Of a DNA stretch of 64,000 nt, positions 1 to 14,299 are shown one piece after another. The translations under genes were made by a program, and so were the position numbers. Where the stretch lies: the NCBI RefSeq assembly GCF_001194135.2, contig NC_068990.1, positions 84,864,940 through 84,928,939 on the forward strand, given 5' to 3'. The notes under the pieces were generated by a model. The model did no database searches and had not been told where the DNA came from. It worked only from the letters and a program-made list of their open reading frames with translations. The stretch is from Octopus bimaculoides. Lineage: Eukaryota. The first letter of the stretch is position 1, and the number at the start of each line of letters is the position of its first letter.

Positions 1-1349
1 CATAAGCTTAAATAATAAACTGCGATAGGTGAACCATGATATGGCCAGGGATTACTGGATACCAAATTCAAAGTAGAACTTTGTTCTAATAGACTGACTA
101 ATTTGCATGCCATGTGTTTGTCAGTGCTATAATTCATAAATATTTATGTACAATACAGTGTGTGCTAAAAACCTCTTTGTAGGGAAAGGAATGAGAGAAG
201 TACTTATTCTCTGATGAGCAGTCGACAAACCATGAAATATGTTTGGAACAGTTTTTTTTTTACTTTCCTATGTAAGAAAAGTGTAACAAGATGTACTGAC
301 ATTTGTTTAATGCTTCACAATTAAAGGCTTAAAGACAGTAGTTTACTCCAAATATATAATGATATTGACTGGGGAAAGAAACTGCGTACTGTTGTTATTT
401 ATATATATATGTAAAGTCCTTGAGAAGACTAATGCTTAATAGAAAGTTTGTACTGTTTCAACTGCAAAACCTTTCAATATCATTTATATCACTTGAATGC
501 ATTCAGATGAAGTTTTGTGCAAATTTGAAGAAAAACTTCTGATTAGTCTGGTGTATATGAACAAATGGAAGGGGAAACAGGTTACATCTTTTGGTATACA
601 CATGCATAATCTTTTTCCTTTGGTTGACATAACAAAAAATACTAAGGTACACTGATTTGATTAATCAGAACTGGTGCTAACCAGAACTTTAGTCAAGCTC
701 CGACTCGAAAAGTATGCTAGCAATATATTTTACAGAATAAGATAATGTTAAAAAACTATCCTTTTTTTTTATACTATATAAAATTGAGCCAGATAGACTA
801 AACACTGATTTGGAATGGATCCAGCCTACAGGTTAAGAGTATATCAATTTGCTACCCCTTGCATTCTCACCCCCTACACTAAACACACACGTTCTCTTTC
901 TCTCTCTCGTGTGTGTGTGTGTGGGGGGGGGTTCTTCCTGTAATACCATTCTAAAGCTGCCCTACACCTTATCATTTTCACTCCTCCCTTAGCAGTCTAT
1001 CATTAGTTTTATTAAAAAAAATTTAGCTGCTTAAAAACATTATATTCTAAACCTGAACATTATCTTCACAAAACAAAAATATCTACTTAACTACATAAAA
1101 AAACAACTTTTTCATGCATCAATGCATATCACTTCCACAAACAAAATTCCAAGCCAGCTTAATTGACATACTGTAGCACCCTTTCAGACAACACACCACA
1201 TATATATATATATAGGTTGATTTTTTTTTTCCTTTTTACTTGTTGGGTCTTTGAAGGCCTCTGAGATCAGCTTAATTCAGTTAATGTTTTATTTAAATTG
1301 TTGCAAATCAACTTTTCTAATTCACTGGGATCAAGTTTGACTATATATA

Positions 1350-1830
1350 TCATCATCATCATCATCGTTTAACGTCCGCTTTCCATGCTAGCATGGGTTG
1401 GACGATTTGACTGAGGACTGGTGCAACCGGATGGCTACACCAGGCTCCAATCTAATTTGGCAGAGTTTCTACAGCTGGATGCCCTTCCTAATGCCAACCA
1501 CTCAGAGAGTGTAGTGGGTGCTTTTACGTGTCACCCGCACGAAAACGGCCACGCTCGAAATGGTGTCTTTTATGTGCCACCCGCACAAGAGCCAGTCCAG
1601 GGGCACTGGCAACGATCTCGCTCGAAAACCCTACAAGGCCAGTCAGGCGGTACTGGCAACGGTCACGCTCAGGNNNNNNNNNNNNNNNNNNNNNNNNNNN
1701 NNNNNNNNNNNNNNNNNNNNNNNNNNNNNNNNNNNNNNNNNNNNNNNNNNNNNNNNNNNNNNNNNNNNNNNNNNNNNNGCACAAGAGCCTGTCCAGGGGC
1801 ACTGGCAACGATCTCACTTGGCTTGCCGGG
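1350..1830 (-). mobile_element. RTE-3'UTR-derived repeat (family A), contains N-gap
   Basis: (CAT)n followed by gtttaacgtccgctttccatgctagcatgggttgg...; same sequence as the tail of the RTE at 55572-55688. Confidence 0.85.
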
Positions 1831-1844
1831 TCTTCTCACATACA

Positions 1845-1885
<41 letters not shown>

Positions 1886-2028
1886 TGTAATAATATAAAT
1901 AATATATAAACATATGCATATATCCATACATATATGTACATACCTATATCTATATGTATACATACATGCATGTATGCGTACAGGACATCACAAAAAAAAT
2001 ACGTTAAACACAATGAGAAACGATAATA

Positions 2029-2073
<45 letters not shown>

Positions 2074-3034
2074 TAATTCAATAAATTACATCTGTCCCCT
2101 ACAAAATATTCCATAAAAGTTGACTTTAAGCGTTGTCAAAATAACTTAAGAAAATGGTTGGAAAGTTGTATTTATCTTGGAATGTTTTTGGTCCCCAGGA
2201 ATGTTGCAAGGTTGATTTGAATGATTATGTGCACTTTACACACCCCATGAAAAAATTAGCCCTCTGGCTACTGATAGGAGATACATATAGAATAAATAAC
2301 ACCTGGATTGACTGAAAACAGTAAAACCCCACACTTATGAAACAAATTATACATGCTTCTGGAAGAAGCAGCCAATTCTAACTCAAATAACACACGCTTT
2401 TGTTGTTGTTGTTTTTACACCATAAACTTACAAATGAATCCCTGGTCACTTTCTTAACAAGCACTGTGTGTTTGTCATGAAATTTTCATAGGAGAATACA
2501 ATGATGGTTTCCCATTGCATTCCTTCTGTTATTTGTTTTACAGGTTATTATCTTGTTTGCTAAAAATAGACAAGTCTGCTACACCAGCCTGAACTCTTAG
2601 AAGATAAAAAAAATGTGAACAAACAACATAAAGCATTTTGCCAGACACTTCAACAATTCCACCAACCCCACCATCCACCCTAGACTGATATTTCATTTTA
2701 TCAACTCGAGAAGAATGAAAGATAAAGTTAACCTTGGCAGGATTTGAACTCAGAACATAAGGAGGAGGAATAACTACTGCAAGACATGTCTGATGCTCTA
2801 ATGATTCTGACACTCCACCTTCAACACACACATACACACACAATTTTTCTTTTAATGATAAAATACACATTATTTTAAAAAGGGAAGGACATGAACACAT
2901 TGAACAATGTTATTCACATTAATAAAAAAAAAAAAGGACAGGATGATAATGGCTGGAATACCTTTGATTACACACCTGCTCAATCAGGTCCAGCTATATG
3001 CTGAGAAATAATGACAATAACATAAGTAATTATG

Positions 3035-3580
<546 letters not shown>

Positions 3581-4044
3581 AATAACACAGCTATTTCATT
3601 TTGTCTATGCAAGTTGTGTAAAAAAAAACCCAATGAGAATCAAATTTTCTTCATTCCGAAGTTGATGAAAATGAGTACCAGTAATACACTTGTTGCAGCA
3701 AAGAGAGAGTGTGTGTGTGTGTGGTGGTGGTGGTGGTAGGGGGGGGGGGGTCTGTTCAGCCAGCTATATCTCTCGCTCTTACAAAAATTGGCTTTGTAGA
3801 CAGCGAGTGGAAATCAATATGGCCAAATAGATACAGCAAAGTATTTGATAACTAAAGTGTAGTCTACCTTCCAGCAGACGCAAAAGAACTGACATCAGAG
3901 GGAAACTGAATTTGCTGATTTACACTATTAGAGGAGTTTTGGTAGATCATGAGGAGAAGAGAGGAGAAGAGTGATGGTGGTAACGGAATCCGTGAGGATT
4001 GACTGGTTGAGATAATGCTAAGAAAAATTGCCAAAGATAGGCAT

Positions 4045-4686
4045 ACTCTTTTACTTGTTTCAGTCTTTTGACTGCGGCCATGCTAGAGCACCGCCTTTAG
4101 TCGAGCAAATCGACCCCAGGACTTATTCTTTGGATGCCTAGTACTTATTCTATCGATCTCTTTTGCCGAACCGCTAAGTTACGGGGACGTAAACACACCA
4201 GCATCGGTTGTCAAGCAATGTTGGTCGGACAAACACAGACACACAAACATATACACACATATACATATATACATATATACGACAGGCTTCTTTCAGTTTC
4301 CGTCTACCAAATCCACTCACAAGGCTTTGGTCGGCCCGAGGCTATAGTAGAAGACACTTACCCAAGGTGCCACGCAGTGGGAATGAACCCGGAACCATGT
4401 GGTTGGTAAGCAAGCTACTTACCACACAGCCACTCCTGCGCCTATAGACATATTGATAAAGATAGAGGGAAGGGTGGCTAGATGACTAGCCAAAGATGGA
4501 CAGGTGGATAGAGAGACAAACGAGCATGTAGAGAAGCAGGTAAGCAAGCGAGTATACAGAGAGAGAGGGGGAGAGTGTGTGTGTGGGGTGGGGGCAGATA
4601 GGCACTCTCTGAGAAACGAATAACCAGGTAGATAAAAGTTAGAAAATGAAACTGATGAGCAGATAAGGGCATCCAAATAGAGATAT

Positions 4687-4736
<50 letters not shown>

Positions 4737-5333
4737 CAGAGTTAGATAAATGAAGTATGAGAAGCAAGTATTTCTAAAATAATAATAATAATAATAAAAT
4801 ATGTCATCATTGTAAGAGAAAGAAAGAAGAGCTAGAAGAAGAGGTGTTAACAATCTGTACAACGTAATCTAAATTTAAAGAATACATTATTGAGAAACAG
4901 TAATTTGCCTGGAACCATAAAATGTGTCCGGAACTGGAACACCTGAAAACACTTCACAGTGATTATGACTCACCTTTTTCGAATTAATCATCGACAGTTT
5001 TAGTTTCTCGGTTATGTAAACACTCCCTTGGTTATTGGTTTGAACTGTGTTTAGAATTCTGAAGAATTGCCTTCGTCTGAAAGTGAAATTCTTGTCCAAC
5101 ACTTTCAAGCACGGGGAAATGGAGATTTTTTTTATTCTTTTATTTCTTTCAGTCATTTGACTGTGGCCATGCTGGAGCACCGCCTTTAGTTGAGCAAATT
5201 GACCCCAGGACTTATTCTTTGTAATCCTAGTACTTATTCTATCAGTCTCTTGCCCAACTGCTAAGTGATGGGGACGTAAATACACCAGCATCGGTTGTCA
5301 AGCGATGTTGGGAGGACAAACACAGACACAAAC

Positions 5334-5373
<40 letters not shown>

Positions 5374-6035
5374 GACGGGCTTCTTTCAATTTCCGTCTAC
5401 CAAATCCACTCACAAGGCTTTGGTCGGCCTGAGGCTATAGTAGAAGACACTTGCCCAAGGTGCCACGCAGTGGGACTGAACCCGGAACCATGTGGTTGGT
5501 AAGCAAGCTACTTACCACACAGCCACTCCTATGTCTATAAAAACAATGATGATGATCATCATGATCATGATAAGAGACCGATAGAATAAGTACTAGGATT
5601 ACAAAGATTACAAAGTCCTGGGGGTCGATTTGCTCAACTAAAGGCCGCTCAACTCCAGCATGGCCGCAGTCAAACGACTGAAACAAATAAAAGAATAAAA
5701 AAATCTCCATGATATGACATTCTTAGTGGAATATATTCTTTTACTTTTTTGCTTGTTTCAGTCATATGACTGTCGTCATGCTGGAGCACTGCCTCTCAGG
5801 GTTTTTTTAGTCAAATAAATTGACCCCAACTGCTAAGTTACAGGGACGTAAATACACCAAAACCAGTTGTCAAGCAGCAATGGGAGAGCAAACACAGACA
5901 CAAACACATGAATATACACATATATACGACAGGCTTCTTTCAGTTTCCATCTACCAAATCCATTCACAAGGCTTTGGCTGGCCCGAGGCTAGAGTAGAAG
6001 ACACTTGCCCAAGGTTCCATGCAGTGAGACTGAAG
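4045..6035 (-). mobile_element. Three same-orientation copies of tRNA-derived SINE family B (4045-4445, 5130-5535, 5735-6035)
   Basis: Head ataggcgcaggagtggctgtgtggtaag...ggttc(a)gtcccac with pol III A/B boxes, and an internal (TA)/(CA) tract. Other copies at 20175-20560(+), 39275-39640(-), 50655-50870(-), 60590-60990(+). Confidence 0.85.
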
Positions 6036-9000
6036 CACGTGTTTCATTTAATTTTGAAAATAATGAACGATTGGTGTTTGGAACATTAACGTGAAATTTT
6101 GATGGAAGGTTTCAATTTTGATTACACAAAAACATTAAGTTTATACCGTAGAACCAGGGTTGGTCTCAGACCGGTTTTCTCGTGTGAAGGTTTTAGGTTA
6201 AACAAAATTTTAGAAAGACGAAATAGATTAAGAAAAAAAAAGAGAGAAAAGATACAGTATCAAATTTATAATCGAAATCTGTAGCAGTTGTTGATGCGAC
6301 TATCACAGAAACCCCACCAAACTCTTCATCATCTACGTGAACGGTTCAACGAGCACGTGTTTTACTGGAAACCCCTTTTGACAGGTATTAATAAACACAG
6401 AGCAGGTTCAGTGCAGGCTTGCTTAATATATACGCCCCACTGGTTCGGAAATAACTCGCTGCTGCTAGAAGTGGTGGGCTTCTTTCCGATGTTTTATAAT
6501 ATTTCTTCCTAATGCAAACATAAACGAGATACAGGAAGAGAATTCAAAGCGAGTTTTCTTTATTTTCTTAGTGGCATATGTCTGCATCCACGCGTGTGTT
6601 ATCGTTAAAGTCTAGATTGGGTTTCAAAATATAAATGAATGCAGGAGTCATTATTTTATTTACTTATAACAAAATTGAAGAATTACGTGTCAAAGGAGGA
6701 CAAGTAATCTGTGTATAAAATCGAAAACTAACAAAATCTAATTACATAAATATCGCAAATATTCCTTTGTTTTATTTCCTTTTTGCTTGAATATAAACAA
6801 GATTTCTTTTTTTCTTTTTAATCTTTCAGAGGTATAGCCTGCATAAGTGTACACACCTTTCAGACTTGCAACCTACATAGCGTGTGCAAAAATAGACAAA
6901 TTCGCACATAACTAATTAGTTAATGAAGAGCATTTTAAATTTTATAAGGTTTCACAACAAAACATGGTCTCACACGACATTCTTGTTATATTCCCGTCGA
7001 GCTTGAATGCATCTGAACTCTGTGTACAAGAAGCTTATTATGCCGCGGGTTGAATAGTTAGAGCATCAGACGAAATGCTTTGTGGTATTTGCTCTGTCTC
7101 TTTACGTTCTGAGTTCAATTCCAGCCGAGGTCAACTTTGCCTTCTATCCTTTCGAGATTCTATAGGTGGGTAGCTTTGTTTAACTAGATTTTGAGGGCAG
7201 CAACCTTGTTTTCTTGAGGATGAAAGTTCAATAGTGAGTGACATAAGAGAGTAGGCCCCCAGTAGATTTGGCTTATGAAAGTCACGTTTGTAATCACTAA
7301 AGAAAGAATTTAAAGTTGATAGAAAAGGTCGTTAATAGTTGTTTCTCTAATCTTTGATGTGAGCGCAATAAAACAATAGTTGGCAGTCAGAGGTGCTACT
7401 TCTAATGGAAATGGTTCCACGCTGTAATGTGCTTCCTCAAATCAGGATATATCCCGAGAGAGAGAAAGAAAGAGAGTCTGAAGCATTTGGTGAAGATAGG
7501 TTACATTGTTTTGAGAGTAACAAGGGACATTGTCAGGACTTGTTGATTGGGAGTCAATGGAGGTACTTTTGCATTTAGTGTGTGTGTGTGTGCATAATAA
7601 TGATCATGGTAAAGGCAACGAGCATGCTGGGTAAAATGCTTAGTAGCATTTCGTCCATCTTCACATTCTGAGATCAAATCCCACCGAAGTTAATTTTACT
7701 TTTCCTCCCCTTCGGGGTCGATAAAATAAGTACCAGTTGAGCACTGATGTCAATGTGATCAACTTACCCCTTCCCCCAAAATTGCTGGCCTTGTGCCAAA
7801 ATTCGAAACTAAATATGAGCATGGTACAATGGAAAAAGCTGCAATAACCCACTTTCTACTAAAATGGTGACCCCCGACGAAGAAAAACGCAGTATGGACT
7901 CTGGACTACCAACTTATAACTGGTGAACCTCGACTAAAGAACAAATACGGCCATGGAGACTGAACTACGGATTACCAACATCTCCAACCATAGTCAACAC
8001 GACTCAACAAGAGCGGTTTTTATTCTCGCCTCTGTTAGAGTGGATTTTTTTTCCACTCACGAAAAAAAGACAGGAATTACGGCCTGCCTTTTATGTTCTT
8101 ATATGTCGCATTCACACTCTCACATTACACATACATCTTTTATGCCACACAATAACTCTTGTTATTCATTTCATACGGTCGTTCTTTCATCTTGGGTTAA
8201 GAAAATTTTTCTTCGAGGTCGTANNNNNNNNNNNNNNNNNNNNNNNNNNNNNNNNNNNNNNNNNNNNNNNNNNNNNNNNNNNNNNNNNNNNNNNNNNNNN
8301 NNNNNNNNNNNNNNNNNNNNNNNNNNNNNNNNNNNNNNNNNNNNNNNNNNNNNNNNNNNNNNNNNNNNNNNNNNNNNNNNNNNNNNNNNNNNNNNNNNNN
8401 NNNNNNNNNNNNNNNNNNNNNNNNNNNNNNNNNNNNNNNNNNNNNNNNNNNNNNNNNNNNNNNNNNNNNNNNNNNNNNNNNNNNNNNNNNNNNNNNNNNN
8501 NNNNNNNNNNNNNNNNNNNNNNNNNNNNNNNNNNNNNNNNNNNNNNNNNNNNNNNNNNNNNNNNNNNNNNNNNNNNNNNNNNNNNNNNNNNNNNNNNNNN
8601 NNNNNNNNNNNNNNNNNNNNNNNNNNNNTCATTTCTTTGAATTTTCTTTGTGTGTGTTTGTACCACATCTTGTGGGTGGTTTTCAGTGGCCATCCTGCCT
8701 CAGGCGTTCTAACAGATTTCATTTATCGTGCGTTTCTCGCACTGGCGAGGGAGCTCTGTAGTAACGCCGTGCGCATGCGTGGAATTAAACAAGCAAGCGT
8801 TTCCCGCTCAATTCATTCTCTTTCTCGCTGGCCAGCGATTGAGCATGGACGTATTTTAAGCTGTCTCTCTACATCTTTCGGACTTACACTCGACAGCTCG
8901 CTCACAACTACAGAACAACGTCCCAACAACTATGCTCATACACACAGAAGCTGTAACAACAAGAACTAAAGATTTGTAAGATTACCACCTGAATAAATGT

Positions 9001-9134
9001 TGTTTGAGTTGATAGTCTGGAGTTCAGCGTTCCGTTATATTCTTATTTTATAGTAGGAAAGTCAGGTATACAATCCAAAGATGTATAACCCACTTTCCTA
9101 TAGCTGCATATGGGATGTAGAAGGACATGCTTTT

Positions 9135-9497
9135 CAAGGGTTCTCAAACAAATTTTACGTATAGACCCCTTTCATTACTATTTTATTCTGGTGGACCCCC
9201 ATAGCCATTCAATGTTTAAAAACTAGTTTTATAGAAACTTCTTTCAAAATTCCTATTTTGATTTCCACACATTAACTTGTTTAGGTTGAACTATGTAAAA
9301 TGTCAGAGAAAAACAAAACAAACAAAAAACAAGCTGATTCTTGCAATACATACCAATACATACATCTAAAGCAAACATTTTTCAGGGGCCCTTAAAATAC
9401 TATTGTCGATCCCCAATCTACATATTTTTCCCCTAGACCCCACCAAAATCTTATATGGACCCTCAGGGGCCATATGGATCTCAGTTGAGAACTGCTT
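9135..9497. mobile_element. Possible hAT-type MITE
   Basis: Ends caagggttctcaaac / gttgagaactgctt resemble CAGTGGTTCTCAAC TIRs; TSD not identified. Confidence 0.4.
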
Positions 9498-10255
9498 TAG
9501 ATGATGCTTGAGCCATTCGCCAAGCTGCTTCTGATGGATTACAGGTGAAACACACATATTGCCAGAGATGGTTAGCCGGGAGTTGTGGGGTGAGTAGTGT
9601 ACGGACACGTGAAGGGTTGTTGTGATAAGATAGCAGTCAAAAGGTGCAGAGACAGCGATGATTTGGTAGAAGTTAGATTTGGAGGTGAGAAAGAGAACAA
9701 GAATACTTAAGAGTGCTTGTGTGCCGATCATGGATGATATTAGATGAAGCTAAGTGATGTGGAGTTGAATGAAGAGTGCGAAAAATTCAGTTTACGCACC
9801 GGCAGTATCAGTATGTGTGCTTTGGGGCCAACCGGCGATTCTTCCTCAATCATTAAGATAAGACTAGAATTACTGTCATAATCGTTAAAATTGTAACAAT
9901 ACCTCCGTTATGAAAAAAAAAGGTAGAGTATATCATAAATCAGTTCGCATTCAATCGTAACCGAACAATGTTATTTAAAATAATAGATTCCAAAAGGTAG
10001 GCCGGTTTAATTTCCTATTTATTATTCTAAATTACAATTCAAACCTTTAATGTCAATTACAAAGCAAAATTCAATGGAGCCTGACATTTGGTATCCCGTG
10101 TGTGTGTGTATGTGGCATCGAACCGTCTAATTACCTCAGTAATACATATAATTAATGATGTGAATGGGTAAAATTAAGACGAGGTTTGGTGTTTAAGAAA
10201 ACACTTCCTGTTTTCCATCAGGATTTAGTAAATAATTGGGAGTAACTATAGGTAG

Positions 10256-10294
<39 letters not shown>

Positions 10295-11182
10295 CGGAGT
10301 AAATATATATGGGAGACATTTCGACAGACAGTAAATTCTGACAATAGCAAAAATATAAATTTCGAGATATTACCTAAATTTATTTATGCATTAGTATCAG
10401 AAGAGAAAGTCTATCTCACATCACTCACACCTTGTCTTCTTAACGCTATATTGGACACAGGTACACACAAAAAATGGGGATTGTCACGACTGGAGCGCAT
10501 CCAGAACAGACCTGTGACTAAATCAGTGCATTTCAAATGGACAAGTACATGTACTCCGCTACAAAATGTAGTATTTTTGTTATTCTTCTCTCATATTTTT
10601 TTTTCTTCACTATGATGTTAAAATCATTTCAGTTCTATTGAACATGACAATTTGTCCGCTCCACCACCTTCCGATCCTAACCGGCTCCGCGAGGAGAACC
10701 TGTCTCCTATTCTAAAATTAGGAGTAAAACTAGGTTAAACACCATCGGAACGAGTATTCCATAGGTTTAGGACGAAATGAAAGTGTGCTATGGTCAGAAA
10801 TGAATGATAAATGAATAAATAATATATTTGGTATAACGAAATTAACAACCTTGTTTTTAAAAAGAAGTATCATGTGTCAATCTATTTATTTTGTTAATTT
10901 CCAAGATTCCTACATAAAGAAATTGGTTTTTTTAAGTGCTATGTGTTCTAAGCTTTCTCATTCCAGTTTAAATCTAATCTGGGACCCGAAACACAGGGAC
11001 TGCATATGTATATGTATACATATATGTATATATACACACACACACACACGTACATGCTCGTAATTAGTGCCCGTCAAGGCGAACTGTAAATTTGAGTTGG
11101 AGAAACTTAAACACAGTAGTTTATATATGTATGCATGTGTGTGTTAAAAGCTGGCTGTATAACAAAAGAGTGGAATACGTAC

Positions 11183-11276
11183 CTAGTCTGGACGGGTCGT
11201 CAGAATCAGCCACGAGTTGTACATCGTGTTTTTCAGTGATCTCCGTAGATCCATAACTACTACCATTTGACTCCAT
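11183..11276 (-). CDS. Orphan first coding exon (MESNGSSYGSTEITEKHDVQLVADSDDPSRL), product unknown
   Basis: ATG, 94 nt open with non-repeat composition and retained CpGs, G|gtacgt donor. No convincing downstream exon found in the window. Confidence 0.4.
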
Positions 11277-11759
11277 TAGGACAGAGAAGTACACAGCCAC
11301 AAACTCTTATTTTTATGTTTAAATCCACGAAATGAAATGTAAATATTGTATATATACGTATATATTTACATATATATACTTGCGTCAGTCCGTGTGTGGT
11401 GTGTATAATTTCACAGGTGTTTTGCTTCTCAATCAGGAAGGTGGAATAAATCAAGCACACGAAAAATAAAACGTTTGTACGATGTTTGATCCATAATGGG
11501 GCATTTGTAGAAGGATTAATTTATAACGATGAATGTATAAACATATGAATGAATGAACCAAAAGAAGAGAAAGAGAGGGGGGAGAATTAATAAAAGGAGA
11601 TCAATTCATCTTGTTTTTAGGAGACGATTAAAAATATTAGCTTAATTAGACGAGTGTATATGTACATGTGATGAATATATATATAAATAACTTTATATGC
11701 ACTCTGTATACTGTAAATAGTGGTTAATACAACTGGCGCTGTGGTGACTATATGGTGAA

Positions 11760-12430
11760 AGAGACTGCTGCTTCTGCTATCTTAATACTGCTGCAACAAC
11801 TGTTGAAGCTAAAGCTGTTGTTATCGATTATTGTAGTAGCAGCAGCAGTTGTTGTTGTTATTGCTGTCGCTGCTGCTTATTTACTTCTGCGGTTGATGCC
11901 AGCGCTTCTTGTTCAGTAACTGTTCTTACTGTTGGTGATGATGAAGTCATTGCCGCTGCTGCTGCAACAGTGTGCAACCCATTTGTTTTTCTCGTTTAAT
12001 TCCCGATCAGATGTGTAGGAAATAATAAGAGATTTAAGAAAAAAAATGTTTAGGAAGAAAGAGAAAAGGAGAGAGAGACAGAGAGGAATATAGTGAGAAA
12101 TAGAAAATGGAAAAGAAAATGAAGGAGAGAGTAAAATGATTGAATAAGGTGAAAGATAAAATTGAAAAAACGGGAGAAGAGGATGAAAACGAGAAACTTA
12201 AAGAATTAAGAAACTTTTTTTTTTTTTTAGAAGAAAGGAATAAAGAATCGGTGGGGAAAAGAAAAAGGGAGAGGGAGACTACGTGGTGTAAGAGAATATT
12301 TGGAGATAAAAAGGGAAAATAAGAGAGATAAACAGAGGGGTAACAGAAATGAGAAAATTAAAGGGAGAAATAGGCGGAAAGAGGGAATATATAAAATGTG
12401 GGAAAGGAAGAGGAGAGAAATGTAAGCGAA
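11760..12430. repeat. Low-complexity block: GCT/GTT-rich tract followed by a purine-rich GA tract
   Basis: Degenerate trinucleotide and GA-rich composition with no coding signature. Confidence 0.7.
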
Positions 12431-14299
12431 TCAGTTAAGGCAGTTTTATTTGAGGTAAGTTTGTCTGCTATTTTTAGCAGATAACTCTAACCATTTGTTT
12501 CAAAATAGGGAAGAGGTAAACAGCAAGGTTCCCTCATTGACATATCTAGGACTATATTATTCAATATGTCCTTTTTAAGACTGTACGATATGATTTGTGG
12601 GAAATTTAGCTGCCATAGCTAGCAGGTCAAGTGACTATGTTGACAGTGAATCTAAAAATACATTCCATTGTGTCCTTCCCATTTTAAGGCAATAAGGTGT
12701 AATTTGAAGGAGATTTCGCTGCTGTTTCTAGCGGATTGAGTTATCCTTCATTGATTTAGGGGATTGCGGACAGAGAAGAGAAAGAAAGGGAATGAGAATA
12801 AAATAATTTTTTTTAAATGAGAAACTCGCAGAAATAAGGAAACTTTTTTTAATCAAAATCCTTCCAAAATCAAGTGACTAAAATAAAACCGTTATCGATA
12901 TGGAGTAACTTCAGATTTAAAAAAAAAAAGGTTTGATTCCTGCAATTAAATGGCGTTGGTAATAAAACCTTAAAATTAATACCAAAAAGAAAGAAGCAGA
13001 AGAATGGGGTGGATATCCTAAAGATAAGGGAAACCAGAAAATATTGAAGGTGGACAAAGAAGTGACCTGTCTAAAAAAAAATTGATATGTTTTCATTATC
13101 GAATACTTTCGAATGGACACAAAAACACTTACATTGTTAAATAGGTTTTTTTTTTTACTCTACTGTGGTGAGATTACGGTGCTCCAGAAATTCACTAGAA
13201 TTAAGGATTGGGCATATTTGGAGATACCTCTGCAAAAACTGAAGAACATTAAGTTAGGTTTCATCCTTTTGGGGTCGGTAAAATAAATTGCCAATCAAAT
13301 ACTATAAATTTCGATTTAATATTGATTTCAAATTTTGGCAAAAGGCCAGCGATTTCGGGGGAGGTGCAAGTCGATTACGCTCAACTAGTACTTATTTCAT
13401 CGACCTCGAAAGAATAAAAGGCAAAGTTGACCTCAGCGGAATTTGAACTCAGAACGTCAAGGTAGACGAAATGCCGCCAAGCATTTTGACCGGCATGCTG
13501 ACGATTCTGCCAGCTCGCCGCCTGAAGCCTCGATTTAATATTGATTTCAAATTTTGGCGCAAGGCCAGCAATTTCGACTCCAGCGCTCAACTTGGTCCTT
13601 ATTTAATCGACCCTACGAAAAGGATGAAAGGCAGAATGGATCTCAGCAGAATTTGAACACAGAATGTAAAAGGCTTCGATTTAATGTTTCTATAATGCAT
13701 CTGAGATGTCAAATCAATCATAATAAAGGCTGAAGTTTTCCTCACAAAGGATTGATTAGCCATCGGAAAGAATTGATAATAGCCAAAGTAAATTAAATTG
13801 ATCGATGACTGTGTAGACATTGGTTGGACTTCCCCACAACAACATTAATAATTTTGGCATGTTTTAAAACCAATATTGTGAGATTTCATTTATGAAACAA
13901 ATCCATTAAGTATTATGTCTGTTCAAAAGCATTCAAAGATGAAATTATGTTCGTTAAATCGCAAGAAAATTAAGAACAACGTAACTTTTAAAGAGTATTA
14001 CTTATTTACAAACCTGATAATAAAAGATTCGACAAATGTTATGTTGTATAAATCCTGTATAACCTCTGATTGAAATGATAGTCCTATGTTCCAGCCATTA
14101 AAAGCGTTCGAACTTTCGAAGGCGTTCTATGCTGTCTTTTTCAGACATAACATTAAAAGGAGATTGGAGAAGCATGTTACGATGGAAGGCCAAAAGAACG
14201 ACCATTCCTTAGGTGCTTCAATGTCTCTCGGTACATCTCGAGGGGAACAATATCGTTCGGAAAGGGCTGAAAAGTCATTGTAATTTCCAGCCAATAGCT

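Noticed and set aside
1-800. 3'UTR-like AT-rich unique sequence
   Set aside because: No exon or ORF anchors it to a gene, and the strand cannot be determined.
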